From the NCBI RefSeq assembly GCF_006345805.1, contig NW_021823938.1, positions 1 to 20,515 on the forward strand: a DNA stretch of 20,515 bases, in the 5' to 3' direction. The translations under genes were made by a program, and so were the position numbers. Origin of the DNA: Octopus sinensis. Lineage: Eukaryota. Of this stretch, positions 19,860 through 20,515 are shown in pieces; position 1 is the first letter of the stretch; each line of letters starts with the position of its first letter. The notes beneath the pieces are model-generated. The model was not told where the DNA came from, searched no databases, and was given only the letters and a program-made list of their open reading frames with translations.

Positions 19860-20388
19860 CAGGGGCATTCGGCTCACGATCATTAAGTCGCGTGTTCGAT
19901 ATCCAGCAGCGCATTGTGTTCTTGAGCAAGACACTTCACTCCAATTCACTAAGCTTTCAAAATGAACTACACATGTAATTCAAATGGCCAGCCTTCTCGC
20001 ATTCTTATTTCTTTATTGCCCACAACGGGCTAAACATAGAAAGGACAAACAAGGACAGACACACGAATTATGTCGATTATATCGACCCCAGTGCGTAACT
20101 GGTACTTAATTTATCGACACCGAAAGGCAAAGTCGACCTCGGCGGAATTTGAACTCAGAACGTAACGGCAGACGAAATATCGCTAAGCATTTCACCCAGC
20201 GTGCTAACGTTTCTGCCAGCTCGCCGCCTTTTTAATTCTCGCATTGTGTCATGGTGAATCTCCTCGAGAGCTACGTTAAGAGTACATGTGCCTATGGAGT
20301 ACTCAGCCCCTTGCATGTTAATTTCCCAAGCAGGCTGTTCCGCTAATCGGATCAATCAGAACACCTTCGTCGTCGTAACCGACGGAGG
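19860..20388 (+). mobile_element. Diverged CORE-type SINE interrupted by a younger SINE
   Basis: GTTCGATATCC B-box-like motif, GTGTTCTTGAGCAAGACACTTCA CORE-like motif; resumes after 20245. Confidence 0.65.
20004..20235 (-). mobile_element. Full-length 17352-family SINE with 10-bp TSD
   Basis: TSD TTCTCGCATT at 19994-20003 and 20236-20245. Confidence 0.92.
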
Positions 20389-20515
20389 ACAGTTGTTGTT
20401 ATTCGTGATGATGATGCTTTCACAAGCTGATCTTACTATAGGTGTTGCTGCTGCTGCTGGGGCTGCAACTGCTACTGATTATGATGAAGATGGCGACAAT
20501 GAAGCCCGCGATGAC

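Overview
AT-rich, repeat-saturated eukaryotic non-coding DNA (intron or intergenic). The tRNA-derived SINE families and very long microsatellites resemble Octopus (coleoid cephalopod) genomic DNA; this is recognition from memory, not a database result. No intact protein-coding gene is supported. Nearly all supplied ORFs are translated microsatellites or SINE sequence, and the only recognisable protein remnant is a degraded Tc1/mariner transposase fragment (17181-17336, minus). The window contains about 25 SINE copies or fragments from several families, two non-autonomous Helitrons with textbook termini, a 1186-bp foldback DNA element with ~200-bp TIRs, pogo/Tc2-type termini and a structured RTE-like LINE leader. 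The most interesting signal is a set of minimal type-I hammerhead ribozyme motifs with palindromic helix III, in otherwise dissimilar sequence contexts (506-543, 843-915, 1274-1313, 1609-1651, 3012-3073, partial 14097-14131). Several lie in inverted, Penelope-like arrangements, and one sits in a palindromic element that joins a tRNA-type Pol III head to a hammerhead-like tail. A dense nuclear-receptor half-site cluster lies at 12319-12374.
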